The notes beneath the pieces were generated by a model that searched no databases, was not told the origin of the DNA, and worked only from the letters and a program-made list of their open reading frames with translations. A DNA stretch of 64,000 nt from Lingula anatina (Eukaryota; Animalia; Brachiopoda), in the NCBI GenBank assembly GCA_051362555.1, contig CM120644.1, positions 4,038,954 to 4,102,953 of the forward strand. The letters are read 5' to 3'. The first letter of the stretch is position 1. Each line of letters starts with the position of its first letter. Position numbers and translations under genes: made by a program. Positions 24,112 to 38,200 of the stretch are shown one piece after another.

Positions 24112-27100
24112 TCATGGAGTCCCGTCTGGCTGCCTTAGTTTTTTAATGGTGTTTTTAAGTGCCTGTCTCTTGTTGCAGAACCAGACTCTAATAACTTCAC
24201 GGTCGTAATTCAGTTTTTCTGACAGGTCAGTCATTTCTGCACCTGCAAAAATAAAAATAAGGATATATTATACAGATATATTTATACTAAAACTGGATTT
24301 TTCAATGTTGTAATTCGGTGATTCTGAAAGTGTGAATGTCATTTATTTAAAAAAAATTAAAATAATAATGAATAAATAAAAAGAAAAAAAAATTAACTTC
24401 CAAATATAAAAAGCTCAAGAAACAGGATCCATTCTACAATGTAAATGAAGTCTGAACAGTCTGTTAAAAACAATTGTCACTTTCTATCTCTGAACCTTAT
24501 TTAAGTGGATCCCAGCTGCCTTATCATGCATCAAAGCTGACAAAAATTGTTTAGTGTCTAAGTTAGAAAGATTTACGATCTTTGGGTTAAAAAGGATTAT
24601 CTTCAATAAAATTAGGGAAAAGTCCTTCCTTAAGGTAGATCGGTTGTTACGTAATTTGACGATTTGCGCAATTTCAGCGCATCGTCAATCGTCTCTAACG
24701 ACACTTCAGTCTGTTTTATCAATTTGAGGAAATAAAACAATTATCTATAAGATAAACACACATTATCAACTTGTCTGTAACTCTGTATGATCGATACAGA
24801 TTTTCGACAACGTTTGTCGACTATGATTCCATATAGGTTAATACGACAACTGTAGCACGTTCATAGACTTGCCCTTCAAGAAATCGTTGGAATAGCTCCT
24901 TTTCCAATTTGAATTGGCACTAGAAAATGTATGACAGCTAAAGCTCACAAATTATGCACGTAGGTGCTATGTCATGTAAAGAATAAGTGTTTTAAATTCC
25001 AATCAAAGCGGCTGCGTATATTTTGAGGTAGAACGCCCTGAATGTGCTGCTGTAGTTTAGATTTCGACGAAAACCAGAAGTGCGTCGTAACCCCACTCAT
25101 TTGGACTTAGAGAAATTTAGACTGAGAAATATTTCGTAGCTTATACAAATGTTCAGAAAATGGCCATAGGGTCTACAGCTTGAAGAAAATTCACTAATCA
25201 AAATTGAAACTGCGTTATATTATACAGAAAAATTGTGCACTTCTGACCTTGACTTGTCAGTGTAAACAAAGTGTACTGAACGCACCGCAAGCAAGCACGC
25301 GAATGCCGCATTTGATACTTTGTATCAGACGCTTCATTTTACTTGACAACACAGTGTTTACGATGTCACGTTCATGTTATATTCATTAATAAATAACAAC
25401 GGCAATAAACTATTTTCATATGCATGAGAATTTCCCTTATTATTCTCTTCAATAATTTTGTTGTAAAGTTAATGGCTTACACCTTCTCATCAGTTTGACA
25501 AATCTGAAAATAGCTGAGAATACTCACTTCAACTGTTAAACATAATGAAAGTTTTAAATGTACTTAGATGTCTCTTCACACACACACACACACACACACG
25601 AAAAAAATCATAAAAAATAACGATTTAGTGAAAAACACCCATTTTCCCATTGATTTGAATGGGGACTTCCGACTAGTGCGTCACGCAGGGTGTAACGCAC
25701 TTCAACTTGGCGTAGTTCTCTTATTTGGTCGGTGACCCCCAACTTTTTTGGCAAAATTAAAATCTACTTGGATGCCTCTTTACACAAAAAAAAAAAAGTT
25801 TTTTAAAAAAATTCAAACGTTAGAAAAATCATAAAAAATAACGTTTTGGTGAAAAACACCCATTTCCCCATTGATTTGATTGGGGACTAGTGCGTCACGC
25901 AGGGTGTAGCGCACTTCAACTTGGCGTAGTTCTCTTATTTGGTCGGTGACCCCCAATTTTTTTGGTAAAATTTAAATGTACTTGGAGGCCTCTTTACACA
26001 AAAAAATTTTTAAAAAAATTCGAACGTCAGAAAGTCATAAAAAATAATGCTTTAGTGAGAAAACACCCATTTTCCCATTGATTTGAATGGGGACTAGTGC
26101 GATATGCAGGGTGTATCATATTTGGGGCTAGTTCTCTTATTTGGTCGGTGACCCCCAATTTTTTTTGCAAATTTTTAATGTACTTGGGTGTCTCTTCAAA
26201 CAAAAAAAAATTTAAAAAAATTCGAACGTTGGAACATGTAACGACCGATCTACCTTAAGTTAAAACAAATAAATCAATAAATTACCTTTTGACAAAAGTT
26301 CATCTGGCAAACAATACCATAATTTTTCAATTGACATAACATTTTTTACGCAAATTCTATTTAATATTGATAAGAAACATGTTCTCCAACACTTCGTCTT
26401 GTTAGTTTTCTATTTGGTTAAATTGGGCTCATTAACTGAATAATTAATAAATTGTGAAAAAATGCATCATATATTCAACCACATAGTTTATTCATCTAAA
26501 TAAACCAAATATTTATTCAATCTCTGTCTTCCAGGCCTTACCTGACGGATGGGTATTTCGCTCAAAATACTCGTTAAGGACTTCAAGGGCCGCTGGGGTG
26601 AAGGATGTCCGCCTCTTCCTTTTCTTAGACGGCTCACTGCCAATAAATTCAGTGAGATTGTGGACGCCATTTTTGTATCTCTCTTCTGCCTCTTCCATCC
26701 ACCGTTCTAAGACAGGCTTAATTTTCTGTGCACTCTTTGGTGTGATGTCTAGCTTCTCAAATCTGGGGAAAGACAATTTGCTCCTTTTATTGTTCTAAAT
26801 TGAAGATGAGTGTTACAAGAAAATAAGTGAAGAGGATTTTCTTTTTTTTTTCCTTCAAGTGCCTTTTTTTTTTCTCTAAATGTCTTTTTCATTATTATAG
26901 GGATACTACATTCATAATAAATCTCACTTTATAATAGTTAAGTCCGGAAATCAGATTAAAAAGTTGACTGCATTGTCTAATGAAAAGACACTTGCAAACC
27001 AATAAAACAAACTTAAATATAACATACCATTTTGGACTTAATCACAGAAAAATGACTAAATGGCAAAGCTTAAATAATCACAGGGCATTTAAGTCCTCTA

Positions 27101-30100
27101 TTTGTCTGCATAACTTCCTTTAATCACTCACCTGCAAATTGCAGACTGGCTATAGGAGGGGCCTTCTGTCGCACTCAGCGCCTGTCCCACCTGTGTCTGT
27201 GTCAATCCCAGCGAGAGGCGGCGGATCTTAAACTGCTTGGCAAACTCTTTGATCTCGTCCAAGTTGATGCCGTCTACAGTGGTGCCCTCTGTGGCATTGC
27301 TGACCGTATCTGAGACATAGGAAAGATCCACAGTCTTCAAACTCTGCTCTAAAGATTAAAGGTGTCATTGTGTTAGGTGTGGCTGCACTGGGTGTGGCTG
27401 TATTAGATTTGATTGTGTTAGTTGTGACAGGTGTGATTGTGCTGGCTGTGACTGTGATTGTGTTTGTAGTAACTGGGTATGAGTTTGTTAACTGTAACTG
27501 CATGTGATTGCGCTAGTTTTGGCTGGGTGTGACTGTGTGAGCAGTGACTCAGTGTGATTCCAAGCACTGTGTGAAGCCATGTTAGATGTGGCTTAATTTA
27601 GTGTAATTATGTCGACTGACTGTCTTTTGTGTGAGAGATAAGCAATTCATTGAAATACTGTCATTTGTTTAAGGGAAATACAATTTGTAAATTTTTTGTA
27701 ATGAGAGTCAACTATTAACTTGTATCTTACTTCATTGTGGGACATAATCTACATATTTGTCAAAAACTTAATATGTAAGAAGTGAAGAACACCCCAAGCT
27801 TAAGTGATTATGAAGAAAGATTTGAAGAAAATTAAAATATTAGTAATCATCATAATAACAACAATAATAAAAATGAACAATTACTTTATAAACATAGTGC
27901 TTCTTGATGTTTAAAAAACTCACTTGGAAGCAGCTGGCTAACATTGGCAGGCAACCCATTAATTGTGGGAGTGGTGGAGCCTGTGATAGACACAGCGACG
28001 GCGCTGGCTACCTGTGTGGTTGGTGTGTGGGTGATAACAGACGGCTGTGAGGCCTGAGTGGGGAGGATCTGAAAGGTGGTCACTGGAGGAAGGTTCTGCA
28101 TCTGCTGTAAAGATGTCGCTTCAGATCCCACCGCTGCCGCCTATAAAGACCAATCGATACAGGGATCAGAATAAGCCTAATGACTTTAAAGAATGTAGAC
28201 AATGAGAGTGACAGCTAGATATTTGATAACCCTGAGCTGACTTTGAACTTTTGGAACTAAAAGAATGACTACAACAGTTACTGGAATTTTTTTTACCAGT
28301 AAATAAGCTATTTCATAATTTTCTTAACAAAAATAATAAAAACTCAGTTCAAATTAAACTTTCAATTACAATAGACAAAAATCTACGAGTGAACTTGGTT
28401 TAAATAGAAATTGGTAAAAGATTTAGTGATCTAATTATCTTTTAAATGATGTTAACTTATTGCAACACAAAGAAACTACAATATCATTATCATTTGTATA
28501 CATTCTTCAGGACAACTGTTCAATTTATAAATTAAAAATAAAAATAATGATTATTATAATCCTTATGTCATTCACAACTCACCATTTTCTTATGTTTCAG
28601 CCACAATTTATACGTCTCCAGCTCAGCAGACTGTCCGCCATTAACTGACGTGGCATTGGCTGATGTCTGGGCTTGGGGCTGGTGCTGCACCAATGAAATT
28701 GGACCAGGCGATGCCGATGAAGGGGAGGAAGATGGCCGACTCTGCAGCTGACTGCTGCTCCTTTTCTGCGGTGTGACGACGCTGGAGGCAGCATGGTGCG
28801 TGGGCTGCATGTGCTGCTGGGCGTGTGCTGGCGGCGTGTTCTGGCTGGTGTGGTGGATGGTACTGGACATAGTAGACACGACCGGCGCTGAATTGGACAC
28901 CACTGGTTGGGCCGCAGACTGGAAGGAACAGTCACATTTGGCATAAAAAAAATTAAATAAAAAGAGGCATGACAAAATTCCAGAAACATGCATTATTTAG
29001 ATGCAGTGTTGGTGTGCTGGGATTGTATTTAGTGTGGTAGGTCTTCTGGAGCTAGTTTTGGTAAAAAACAGATTTGAGCTGGTGTGACAATTTTTTCTAT
29101 GTTGTGCAGAAATAGTGTTGCAGTGATGGGCTTTACCCAAATTGTGCAGTACACTTTCCTGTTTGCACTACTTTCAGTGCGCTAGGTGCGACTAACCTGA
29201 GATTGTAAAGCACTATTCACAGCCATTGCGCTAGGTGCGACTTACTTGAGATTGTAAAGCACCATTCACAGCCACTGCGCTAGGTGCAACTTACTTGAGA
29301 TTGTAAAGCACCATTCACAGCCACTATTTGTCCTTGAGCATTGGTGAGGTACTGAGGTAAGGTGGTTGGAGGCGTCTGGGGGACCGTGTGGCTGGTTGTG
29401 GAGTAGCTGAGAGAGCTGGGAGCAGAACTACTGGCAGGCAAACCTGGAAAGAGCCCCAAAAGAATAAAAGAAAAGAAATTATAACTGAAAAGGTTGGCTG
29501 ATGTGTAGCTGAAGTCCCATTCAAAACAGATGATCTTCCAACTAACTATTCAACAGATTAAATATGGCCGACCCCACTTGAAGGCAATGCTATACAATCT
29601 CCTAATGGTGTCCTGTCTGCCATTTTCAGGCAGAGATTTAACTGCCCATGCAGGGATGGCGTGTGTGGTAGGCGGAGACACCATTAGTAGGGTCAGTCAT
29701 ATTAGATCCACGGATTAGTTTGTCTGCTTATCATCTGTTGTGACTGCAGCCTAAGAGAACTGGGTGGGTGAAAGAGCTGAGACCAATTTCACAAAAAGCA
29801 TTTAAACTTTTTCAGCCAAACTTATTTTACTAAAACTGGAAAGAACTTTGTACTGTATGCAAGTTGTCTGTGTGATTTTACTCTTAAGAAGACTTTTTGA
29901 AAGGTTTTTTGTCACAGTTGCAAATGAAAACATTAGCCAAGACAATCACAATAGGCTCAAGGCTTTTTGGTGAAAAAAAAAGGAAAGTGGCATTTTTGTT
30001 TCATTTCCAAATGAGAGAGTAAGATTTTAGACCCAAAAACTGGCACAAAATGAATTTTATTTGTGAAAAGGGTCCCTAGTAGAATGCATTACATTTCTGG

Positions 30101-30541
30101 TTTCAAGGAGACAAAGACTGGGGTGGGAGTCTAACTGGTGGCAGGTAAAATATAGTAAACAGACTTGTTTACTACAACTGGGATCACGTGGAGGAGTGAC
30201 TGGGAGACTTGACTATGGTGCAGTTAAGCCAAGAGATCAGGGAGCAAGGGTGGAAAGGATGATAAAATGCATTACATCACTTTGATATGTTTGGCACTGC
30301 CTGAGCCATGGGCCAACATGACAAGCTACATCAAAAATACAGTGCTTTTGAAAGCAGGAAACTGATAGACCTAGCTTATTTAAAGGTATTTTATCATTTT
30401 AATGTATAAACTTACATCAAAACCCAATAGGCAAAAACTACTTACTTTTCAAAAATAGACATACATAATAATTGACCATACTTTTACTATTTGCACACAT
30501 AAACATATAGACTGGTACATGAACAGCCCGTCCTTTAAATA

Positions 30542-30591
<50 letters not shown>

Positions 30592-33500
30592 ATTGAAACC
30601 CCATACCTGCACTGCTAGGGGGCGGCCACCCCATGTTGGACATGGTTGGTGTCATGGGTTGCAGGAAACTCTGTAGTCCAGGCAGTCCAGCAGTAAGGTT
30701 GGTGGCTATCAACTGACCATTGGATGTGGTCAGGATCTGGATAGGTGGGTTAGCTGTGGCTGCCAGGGAGATAGGGATTGTGATGAAGGTCTGGGTACCA
30801 TTACCTAGGAAATTATACCACATTAAATAAAGGACTGGAAAGTGCTTTAATTTCAACCATACCTATATAATCCAAAGTAAAAGGTTGTTCTGAAAATTTA
30901 GTCTGTAGACAGGGGTCAAACTCTTTAACTGAAAAAAAAAAAAAAAAAACATTATTTTCTTTAGAAACTACCTACACTTTACAATGTTTTTATTTTAAAA
31001 AGAAGTGTGCAACATACCACATAGTTTATAGGGGATATGGAAAGCATTAAAAAAAATTAATATCTAGATTTCCAAAAAAAAAAAATCCAAACTACATTCA
31101 TTTCCAAGGGTCCATCTAGAAGGCAAAAACCATCTACCACAAGAACCTCCCAAAATGCCCCTTGCCAGTAACTCACCCGTAGACACAGGTATAAGCAGCT
31201 GCTGCATTGGCATGAGAGGGGAGGGGCCAGTGGGGGTCTGGGGGAGTGGCTGACTGGCAGCAAAGAAGTACTGGGCCTGACTTAATAACTGAGGAGTGGT
31301 GGGACCTGCCGCAAAGCTGTTGGAGTTGGAGATCCCTGCACGGAAAAAATGTGAAAAAAATATATTAAGGAGTTGTCGTAAATATTGTGTTATTTTATTT
31401 TTGAGGATATTTCTTGGTTTTTTATATTGTTCTCAAGTTTTTAGCTACTAATGATAGTGACCAGTATGAATCAATGCACAGAAAATAATGAAAAAAAATC
31501 ACAATCTCTCAATATCTTAGTACATTAGCTTTGATGACTTCCTGCCAGTAAAGTGTACTTTTTTATCTAAAGGAAAATGATTTTTAAAAATATGAAGAAA
31601 ATTATTAACAAATAAAATAAAATCAATGCCCTAAGAATACAGGGTCTGCTCTTACTATTGTTACTTTTCTTTCTAACAAAGATGACATCTTAGAGATTCA
31701 TTCACTTGAAAATCAATGAAAAAAATATTAAAAATCTGGCCAGTTTACACAACCTGATGTGGAGTAATTCTTTGGTTCGCTGGAGGAATCACTGGTTGAT
31801 CCATCATGGTTCATGGCGGGGACTGTCATGAACATGTGGTCGCTAGCGGAACTGGTCACCATGGTGATAGGTGGAAGTGAGGTTGTTGGCATGGAAACGG
31901 TTGGCAAGGTGAAGACCTGTGTTTGAGAGACTGGAGACTGAGTGGTGGTGCCAGACAGCATCACATCCTAGAAAACAAACATTTTTATTATCAAAATGTT
32001 TAAATATCATTGCAGTTGTCAAGTTCTGGTCTTGAAAACATCCAGTATATTAACCATAAAAGGGCCATGTGGAAGATCAGTTTTTATTAATACGTATTTC
32101 CCTCTTTAATATAAGTTTATCACTATCATCATTTGACATTATTATTATTTTTATTAATGTAAAATTACTATTATTAACAGGTATTATTAATTGTTACTAA
32201 CATTATTATTAATGCAAAATGATAATACATCATAATGCCTTTGCCAAGTAACAAATGCCATTCTCATTCAAATCTGAAACACTAGCCCACTTCTTTTGAA
32301 AAGAAACTCCTTGTTTACAAAATCAACCATGAAAAAAATTGATATTTAGAGTGTTTGACATTTACTCCATAAAGCATCAGTTATCTTTAGCACAGGTTTG
32401 AAAAAAGTGTACATTAGCAGGAGACTAGGATCATATTGACAGTGAATTGTATGCTGCCAGCTACAGAACTTCTTTTTTTCACTGAAATCCTGTTACCAAG
32501 TATTTTAAGGAGAAACATCAAAGCACTGGAATTTGAACCAGACTTGATGATAAAACTGAAACAAGCAACATGGTTAATTTTGATTACCAAAAAATTCTCT
32601 TTTTCAGAAATGCGTTCTGTATTCCATTAATGTGAAATAGCATATTTTCAGTTTTTAAGCAAAGAGAAAATATTACATTAGTCTGAGCAAAAAGAGTTCC
32701 TCATGTTAATTTGACATTATAGCTTTTTTACCACTCCTAGCTATTTACACTCATTAAAAACGTGATTATTTTCTCTGTAGCATATCCACACAGAAAAAGT
32801 GGAAAAAAATCCAAGTAACTGAAAGCTTTTATGTGCTTGCCTCCGGACTTCGTTTTACATTCTCCTTTTCTATTGATTAATTTCGGTAAAGCCAGTGCAC
32901 TAACATTTCCACTGCCATGAAAACAAAATGAGATTTCTCTTTTTCTCTCCCTACATTATACACAATCCAAATATAGTCCCTGATAAGAAAAAAAGTGCAA
33001 TTTTTATTGGGTGACTAACTCGCAACATATTACCAGCCAACGCTGCTCACGGCAACTTTCTATCTGTCTGTCTAAAAATGTCATGGTGTGACCACATTCA
33101 AATCAACTCAGGTTGAATGCAAATAGAAATTTGCAACTATTGTGCTTGAGTAAATGGCTGACAAAACATAAGATATGCCTCATTACTTCCAGGTATTGCC
33201 GACTGTCATTTATCTCTCCGTCAATACTGAGGAATGACTCCATAAACAGAGCTTTATTACCATTTGGTTTTAAGTTTACAGGCAATTTCTTTATTATTAT
33301 TATTATTATTATTATTATTGATGTTATTGCTGTAACAATTATTGTATTAATATTACTATAATTATTATTGATATTAAATGCATGTTCATATTTCTAAATA
33401 TGTACAGAATATATTTAATGAGATTTTTTTTTACTACAGCGTTTCCTCATCATTATGATATTATTGAAAGGTTTTCACACTTGAAAGACTGACAGATTGT

Positions 33501-34908
33501 ACATAGCTGTTTTTTCAATAAAAGCTCTTCCTTGCCAAAACTTCACTTTCCTGAAGTAGTGCTTCAATAATTGTGCTACTATAGAGCTGATATCTATATG
33601 TAACGCAACTGTTGCATAACTTCTGCTTATTTCTAATTCTTATCACTTCTTTATGCGTGGTTAAAAGACGGGACATTTAACATATAATTTCTTTTCTTAT
33701 GTGTTCAGATTGACAAAATATTTACGGGAAACTCATGTGACTTGTCAAAATAAAATTAATTAATTTTGTCAGTGTGGTTTTTTGAGTAACTTTGTTAGTG
33801 ATGATAAAATTTAGGATGCCAAGCAGGAGCCTAGGACAAGAAAGCTCCATTATTTAATTTAGTGTAATGACCTCACCATAAACTGCCCACTAAACCGACA
33901 ACAAACATGCTGAAACTATTAGTGATGCTACCAGTCATGATGAATAAAATTTTTTAAAGACCAGTACTAGTAGACAATTTAGCCCAAGAACCTGCAACAG
34001 CAGCCATCTTGTATTTATAACAATACTTTTCATAAATGCTGGTCCAAAAAATCCAACTGTTTTAAAAATATTTCAGCATGTCTGAGTGACAGTGATAACC
34101 TACTAAAGTAAGCTGGTTGAAAGAAAAAATCACTTGCATCATCTAATATTAAGTTTCCTAGGCCTGGGCCTTTCACAAGAATAGTTTTTAACAGTTTTAA
34201 GACAAATTTAAGATTGATTCCAGAAAAGAAGATTATTTCAAATTCAGGTTCTTGTCTTCCTGTAGTGCCTAAAATACACTTTAATTACAGTTATTATAGA
34301 TCTCTTAAATCTGAACAAAATCAATTTATAATATTTCCCAAAGTAATCTTTTCTTAAAAGTCTTTGTTCAGATTATATCATTGAAAAAGCAAAATAATGC
34401 CTTCGTCTAATGGAAATCTGTGATTATGGGCTCATAGCTCCACACCCATAACCAAAATGATGGCATAGGATTGAAACCCATACACTTGTGGTCAACTCTG
34501 CCAATTTTCGTGATAAAATCTTGTTCAGGGATGAAGTTATGCCCCATACCGATTGCTATCTCACCTCATAATAGAAAGGTGTTAAATTGATGATTAAAGC
34601 TTTGAGTGTCCCATGCTTATACATTGCAACTAGAAGTATAAATGTGGATATTCTATATTTTCAAGGTTTTTTTTATAGTTTTAAATCAGAACAAAGATAG
34701 ATACATTACTGAATATTTACGTGTAGGAAAAACCTCATTTTCGATACCTGGGTGATAATAAAGGGTTACAACAAAATAAAGAATATTTCGAGGAATAACA
34801 AAATACTTCTCTCACCTGCTTGATGATGGCCGAATGCGCCAGTTTGCGGGGATCTGGCTTCAGTTCTCCGTTCAAATCACTGGTTGAGTCGTTGGTGTCA
34901 CCGTCCAT
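24112..34908 (-). CDS. POU6F2: Class VI POU-homeodomain transcription factor (POU6F1/2, pdm3 homolog), ~631 aa; coding exons 34908-34816, 31967-31754, 31335-31177, 30804-30607, 29443-29295, 28918-28583, 28140-27924, 27309-27132, 26762-26542, 24242-24112
   Basis: POU-specific domain VDGINLDEIKEFAKQFKIRRLSLGLTQTQVGQALSATEGPSYSQSAICRFEKLDITPKSAQKIKPVLERWM, class VI linker NLTEFIGSEPSKKRKRRTSFTP, and homeodomain ...LSEKLNYDREVIRVWFCNKRQALKN. All ten exons join with GT-AG and matching phases (1896 nt). There is an in-frame stop upstream of ATG 34908. The low-complexity N-terminal exons are less certain than the POU exons. Confidence 0.93.
24634..26254. mobile_element. Non-autonomous TTAA-targeting DNA transposon (Kolobok-like) in the POU6 homeodomain intron
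   Basis: TTAA|ggtagatcggttgttac ... gtaacgaccgatctacc|TTAA. Purine-purine terminus. Three ~210-220-bp internal tandem repeats at ~25600-26230. Confidence 0.8.
29179..29325. repeat. 3 x 49-bp tandem repeat spanning a POU6 exon/intron junction
   Basis: Unit gcgctaggtgcgacttacttgagattgtaaagcaccattcacagccact; each copy contains a minus-strand donor. Confidence 0.9.
30546..30587. repeat. (GA)n microsatellite
   Basis: Direct reading of the sequence. Confidence 0.95.
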
Positions 34909-34922
34909 GTTGTCATGGTAAC
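34909..34922. promoter_or_regulatory. RFX X-box-like motif abutting the POU6 start codon
   Basis: GTTGTCATGGTAAC fits GTNRCCATGGYAAC-type consensus closely; function untested. Confidence 0.35.
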
Positions 34923-35189
34923 GCTCGTGGTACGACAGGTTTATGAGTGAGTTACAACTTCTGCTTTTTTAATTAGCTATTTACATGGTTCTATTCCTGT
35001 AATGAAACAAAAAATGACATACATTAACATCTTATTAAATTTTAAGTTTAATTCTTCAAAGCTGGACATATAAGTAATAAAGAAATGTGCATAACTCTGG
35101 CTCTAGATGTTGTTACTTGGATGGACTAAGCTAATTGACTGTAATTCAACAAAAACTGAGGGAAAAAACCAGCACAGTAGCCATGGATA

Positions 35190-35221
<32 letters not shown>

Positions 35222-38200
35222 CTGAAATTAAGAAGCGTACAGGAAAAATGTTGATAGTAGAGAACTAACTTTCTTTTCAACCTGTATTCAAAAGTAATTT
35301 TTACTATTTTGTACAAAAGGAATTATTTTTTTTTATCTTGACAAAAGAGACTATGCTTTTAGTACCATTTTTGGTTTGTCAGTTTTAACTGTTAAAACAG
35401 ACCAACTCTAAAAATTCAGGACAGATTTTGATACAACTTTCAGGATACATCAGAAACGGGTGAATGTAGAATAAGTTAGATTTTAGTTATGATCCATTAA
35501 TTAATAAACCAATTAGTTAATTAATTAATAATGAGAAATGAGCTACCCTGGTGGTGGTCTGTGCTCTATGAGTCCTTCTCTACCTGTTCTCTCCATAAAA
35601 TAATACTATCAATTTCAACTTAATATAGAGAATGTTTAATGAAAATGTTTTTTTTTTTATCTTCATTTGTTCAGCCTTTATATACTGCTTGTAAGCATAT
35701 ACTTGAAACACTCCATTTGGAGCTTAGCATATCGACAAAATAAAACAACAAAAACTGTTATGATCCCAAAAGAAAATGAATGCTCTTCTGTGCACTTTAG
35801 TTCCCAAGAGGAATATTTACCATTACACCCATCTCTAAAAATGCAGAACAAACATTAATAAATTTGCTATGTAAATGTTAATGAATTCGCAGACTTAGTT
35901 TCATTTCATATTGAGTACCTGGATTTTCATCATTTATGATCTTATTGCAGAATGGTTTGAACCATTATTAAGGAGTGTTCAACCTCACATCGCAATTTCC
36001 CTCGTTCTGCTAATTGCCTCCTAACCATAGTTGAAGTGCATTCCATAAATGGCCTCCTTTTCAGTTTCACGATAAATTATCTTTTAGTGCGATCTCCATT
36101 TACAAGTTTTCATCAAAATAATAGACAATATGTGAATGTGTATCCATGCTTGTCCTGTGCGGTTATTTCAATCAATAAAACTTCGGGCTGTTCACATTGT
36201 AAATATTCATTTCTTGAAATGCACACGGATGTTTAAGGAGAACATATATTACTAGTGATTCATTATTATAATCAGGTGCAAGACATCATATTTCAAAGCA
36301 TGTTTAGTTCTTTTTTTATGTTTTGTTAAATTAAATAATTTGCTGCTTTAAATCTTTAAGCATAAGCTTTATCAAGAAATAATACTGCAATTTTTTTTCA
36401 ACTTCATAAAGAGTTAACTAAATATATTAATGAGCCAATATGACTTGGCCACTTCAATTTAAAAAAAAAAATTTAACATCAAATTTGTATGAATCTCAAG
36501 AATGACCCTTTTTTTCTAGACTCCCAACTTCCACAGCAGAGACTGTTAAATTATTGAAAATTCAATTTTACAGAAACTAGAAAAAACAAACTTGCATTTC
36601 TGATGACAGGTGGTTCCTTTACAGAACCATGGACTTAATGTCAAGGTTGACATTTACAAACAAATTGTATGTAACATCACTTCTAAATTATGAAAAATAG
36701 TAAGTACCAGAAAATTGTATTAAAATGGTACTCAGTGATCTATATATATCTAGAGCTGATAAAACATCAGGACCTAACTCTAAACCACAACCAGGTGCCA
36801 CCAACTCCCTTGAAGATTATCTTGGTGTTTTATTTCATAGGTGTCACATTCAGGAGTAAAATAATCATAATTTTAAGTTAGTCCATGTGACAAATGAAAG
36901 TGTTTTCATAAAAAAACGTGGATAAACAAATATCAGAAATCATTCCTTAAGATATAATTTGTGGTTAATAATTTAATTATTTTCAAACTAAAAAACAATT
37001 TAATTCTCTTATAGTTCATGCATACCAGCAAAGTTCTTGTGAATAAAAAAAAAATAAATAAATATATAAATTAAAAAAATAAAAACATAATAATAATTCA
37101 TTAAAAAAAATTAGCCGCTATGTACATGTTTCAAGTAAAGATTAGGTTTGAGACATGTTATCTTTGATATTACCCAAGATTCACATTTATATGTTGAAGA
37201 GAAATAAAATGAAAAAAACTAAGAAAATAATTCTTATTTCTCAACTTTATGTAACAAAATTCACCAAAAGACATTAAAAGCATCAAAAGGTCCAAACTGA
37301 GACAGTTAAAAAAATCTTTTTTATGAAAGAACAAGTAAAAACCTAGTCCCATGCATACCCATATAATTCCACATATCCAATTAATTACTATCAATAGTAT
37401 TCCGCATTGTAACATGTAAGATCTGCAATATTCTGAGGAAAAAAAAAGATCAAAAAATCAATTGCACAAACAAATAAATAAATAACTTCCAAAAACATCT
37501 CAGTTATTCTACAATCCCTGTAGTCACCATATGGTGAGCCTAATCCATAATAAGATGTGCCCCACACAAATACTTGGCTAATCCAATAGTATGATGATAT
37601 ATTAATTATATCTCTAATTTAACTAATTACATATGTCCATTGATGCTCGCTCCCAGTAATATTCATCAGCAGGCAGATGCAGCATACTTACCTCAACGTG
37701 CCGCCATTTTAAATGCGAATATACAATTTTGCGTCTGTTTCCGAGAGCCACATACATCGCACATAACATCAGTCACCCTGTGGGATTGATCTATGACTAC
37801 GAAAACCTCGCCGCGTGGATGGGAATTTTGTTCCTAAAGCCTGTCCAATGAAATAGGATGATAATGAAACAAAATATAGGTCGCCATTCTTCTGATTATC
37901 ATGTACTTTCCAGGGCGAATATCATTATCCATTGGTTGGGCACCCCCAGACAGCCAAGGATCAATATTCCTGGAAGCTGACCAACACTGTACAGTTTCTG
38001 TATCACACGAGTGTTTATCCTGCTCTGGGGCCTTGCTTTAAAATCAGCAGCCACTGGCATGGACATTTGAAGCACAGGGTTCCCATCCCAATGATAATAA
38101 TAAAAAACACCGATTATGCAGATGCCTGGCCCAGTCTAAGAAACAACTAGCCAACAGTGTGCATAGTACAGTATGTGTGAGTTCAAATTCTGTGACTGTC

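Noticed and set aside
29570-29780. GC-richer stretch as an extra POU6 coding exon
   Set aside because: Candidate acceptors lead to stops in the frames tested, and the flanking exons already join in phase.
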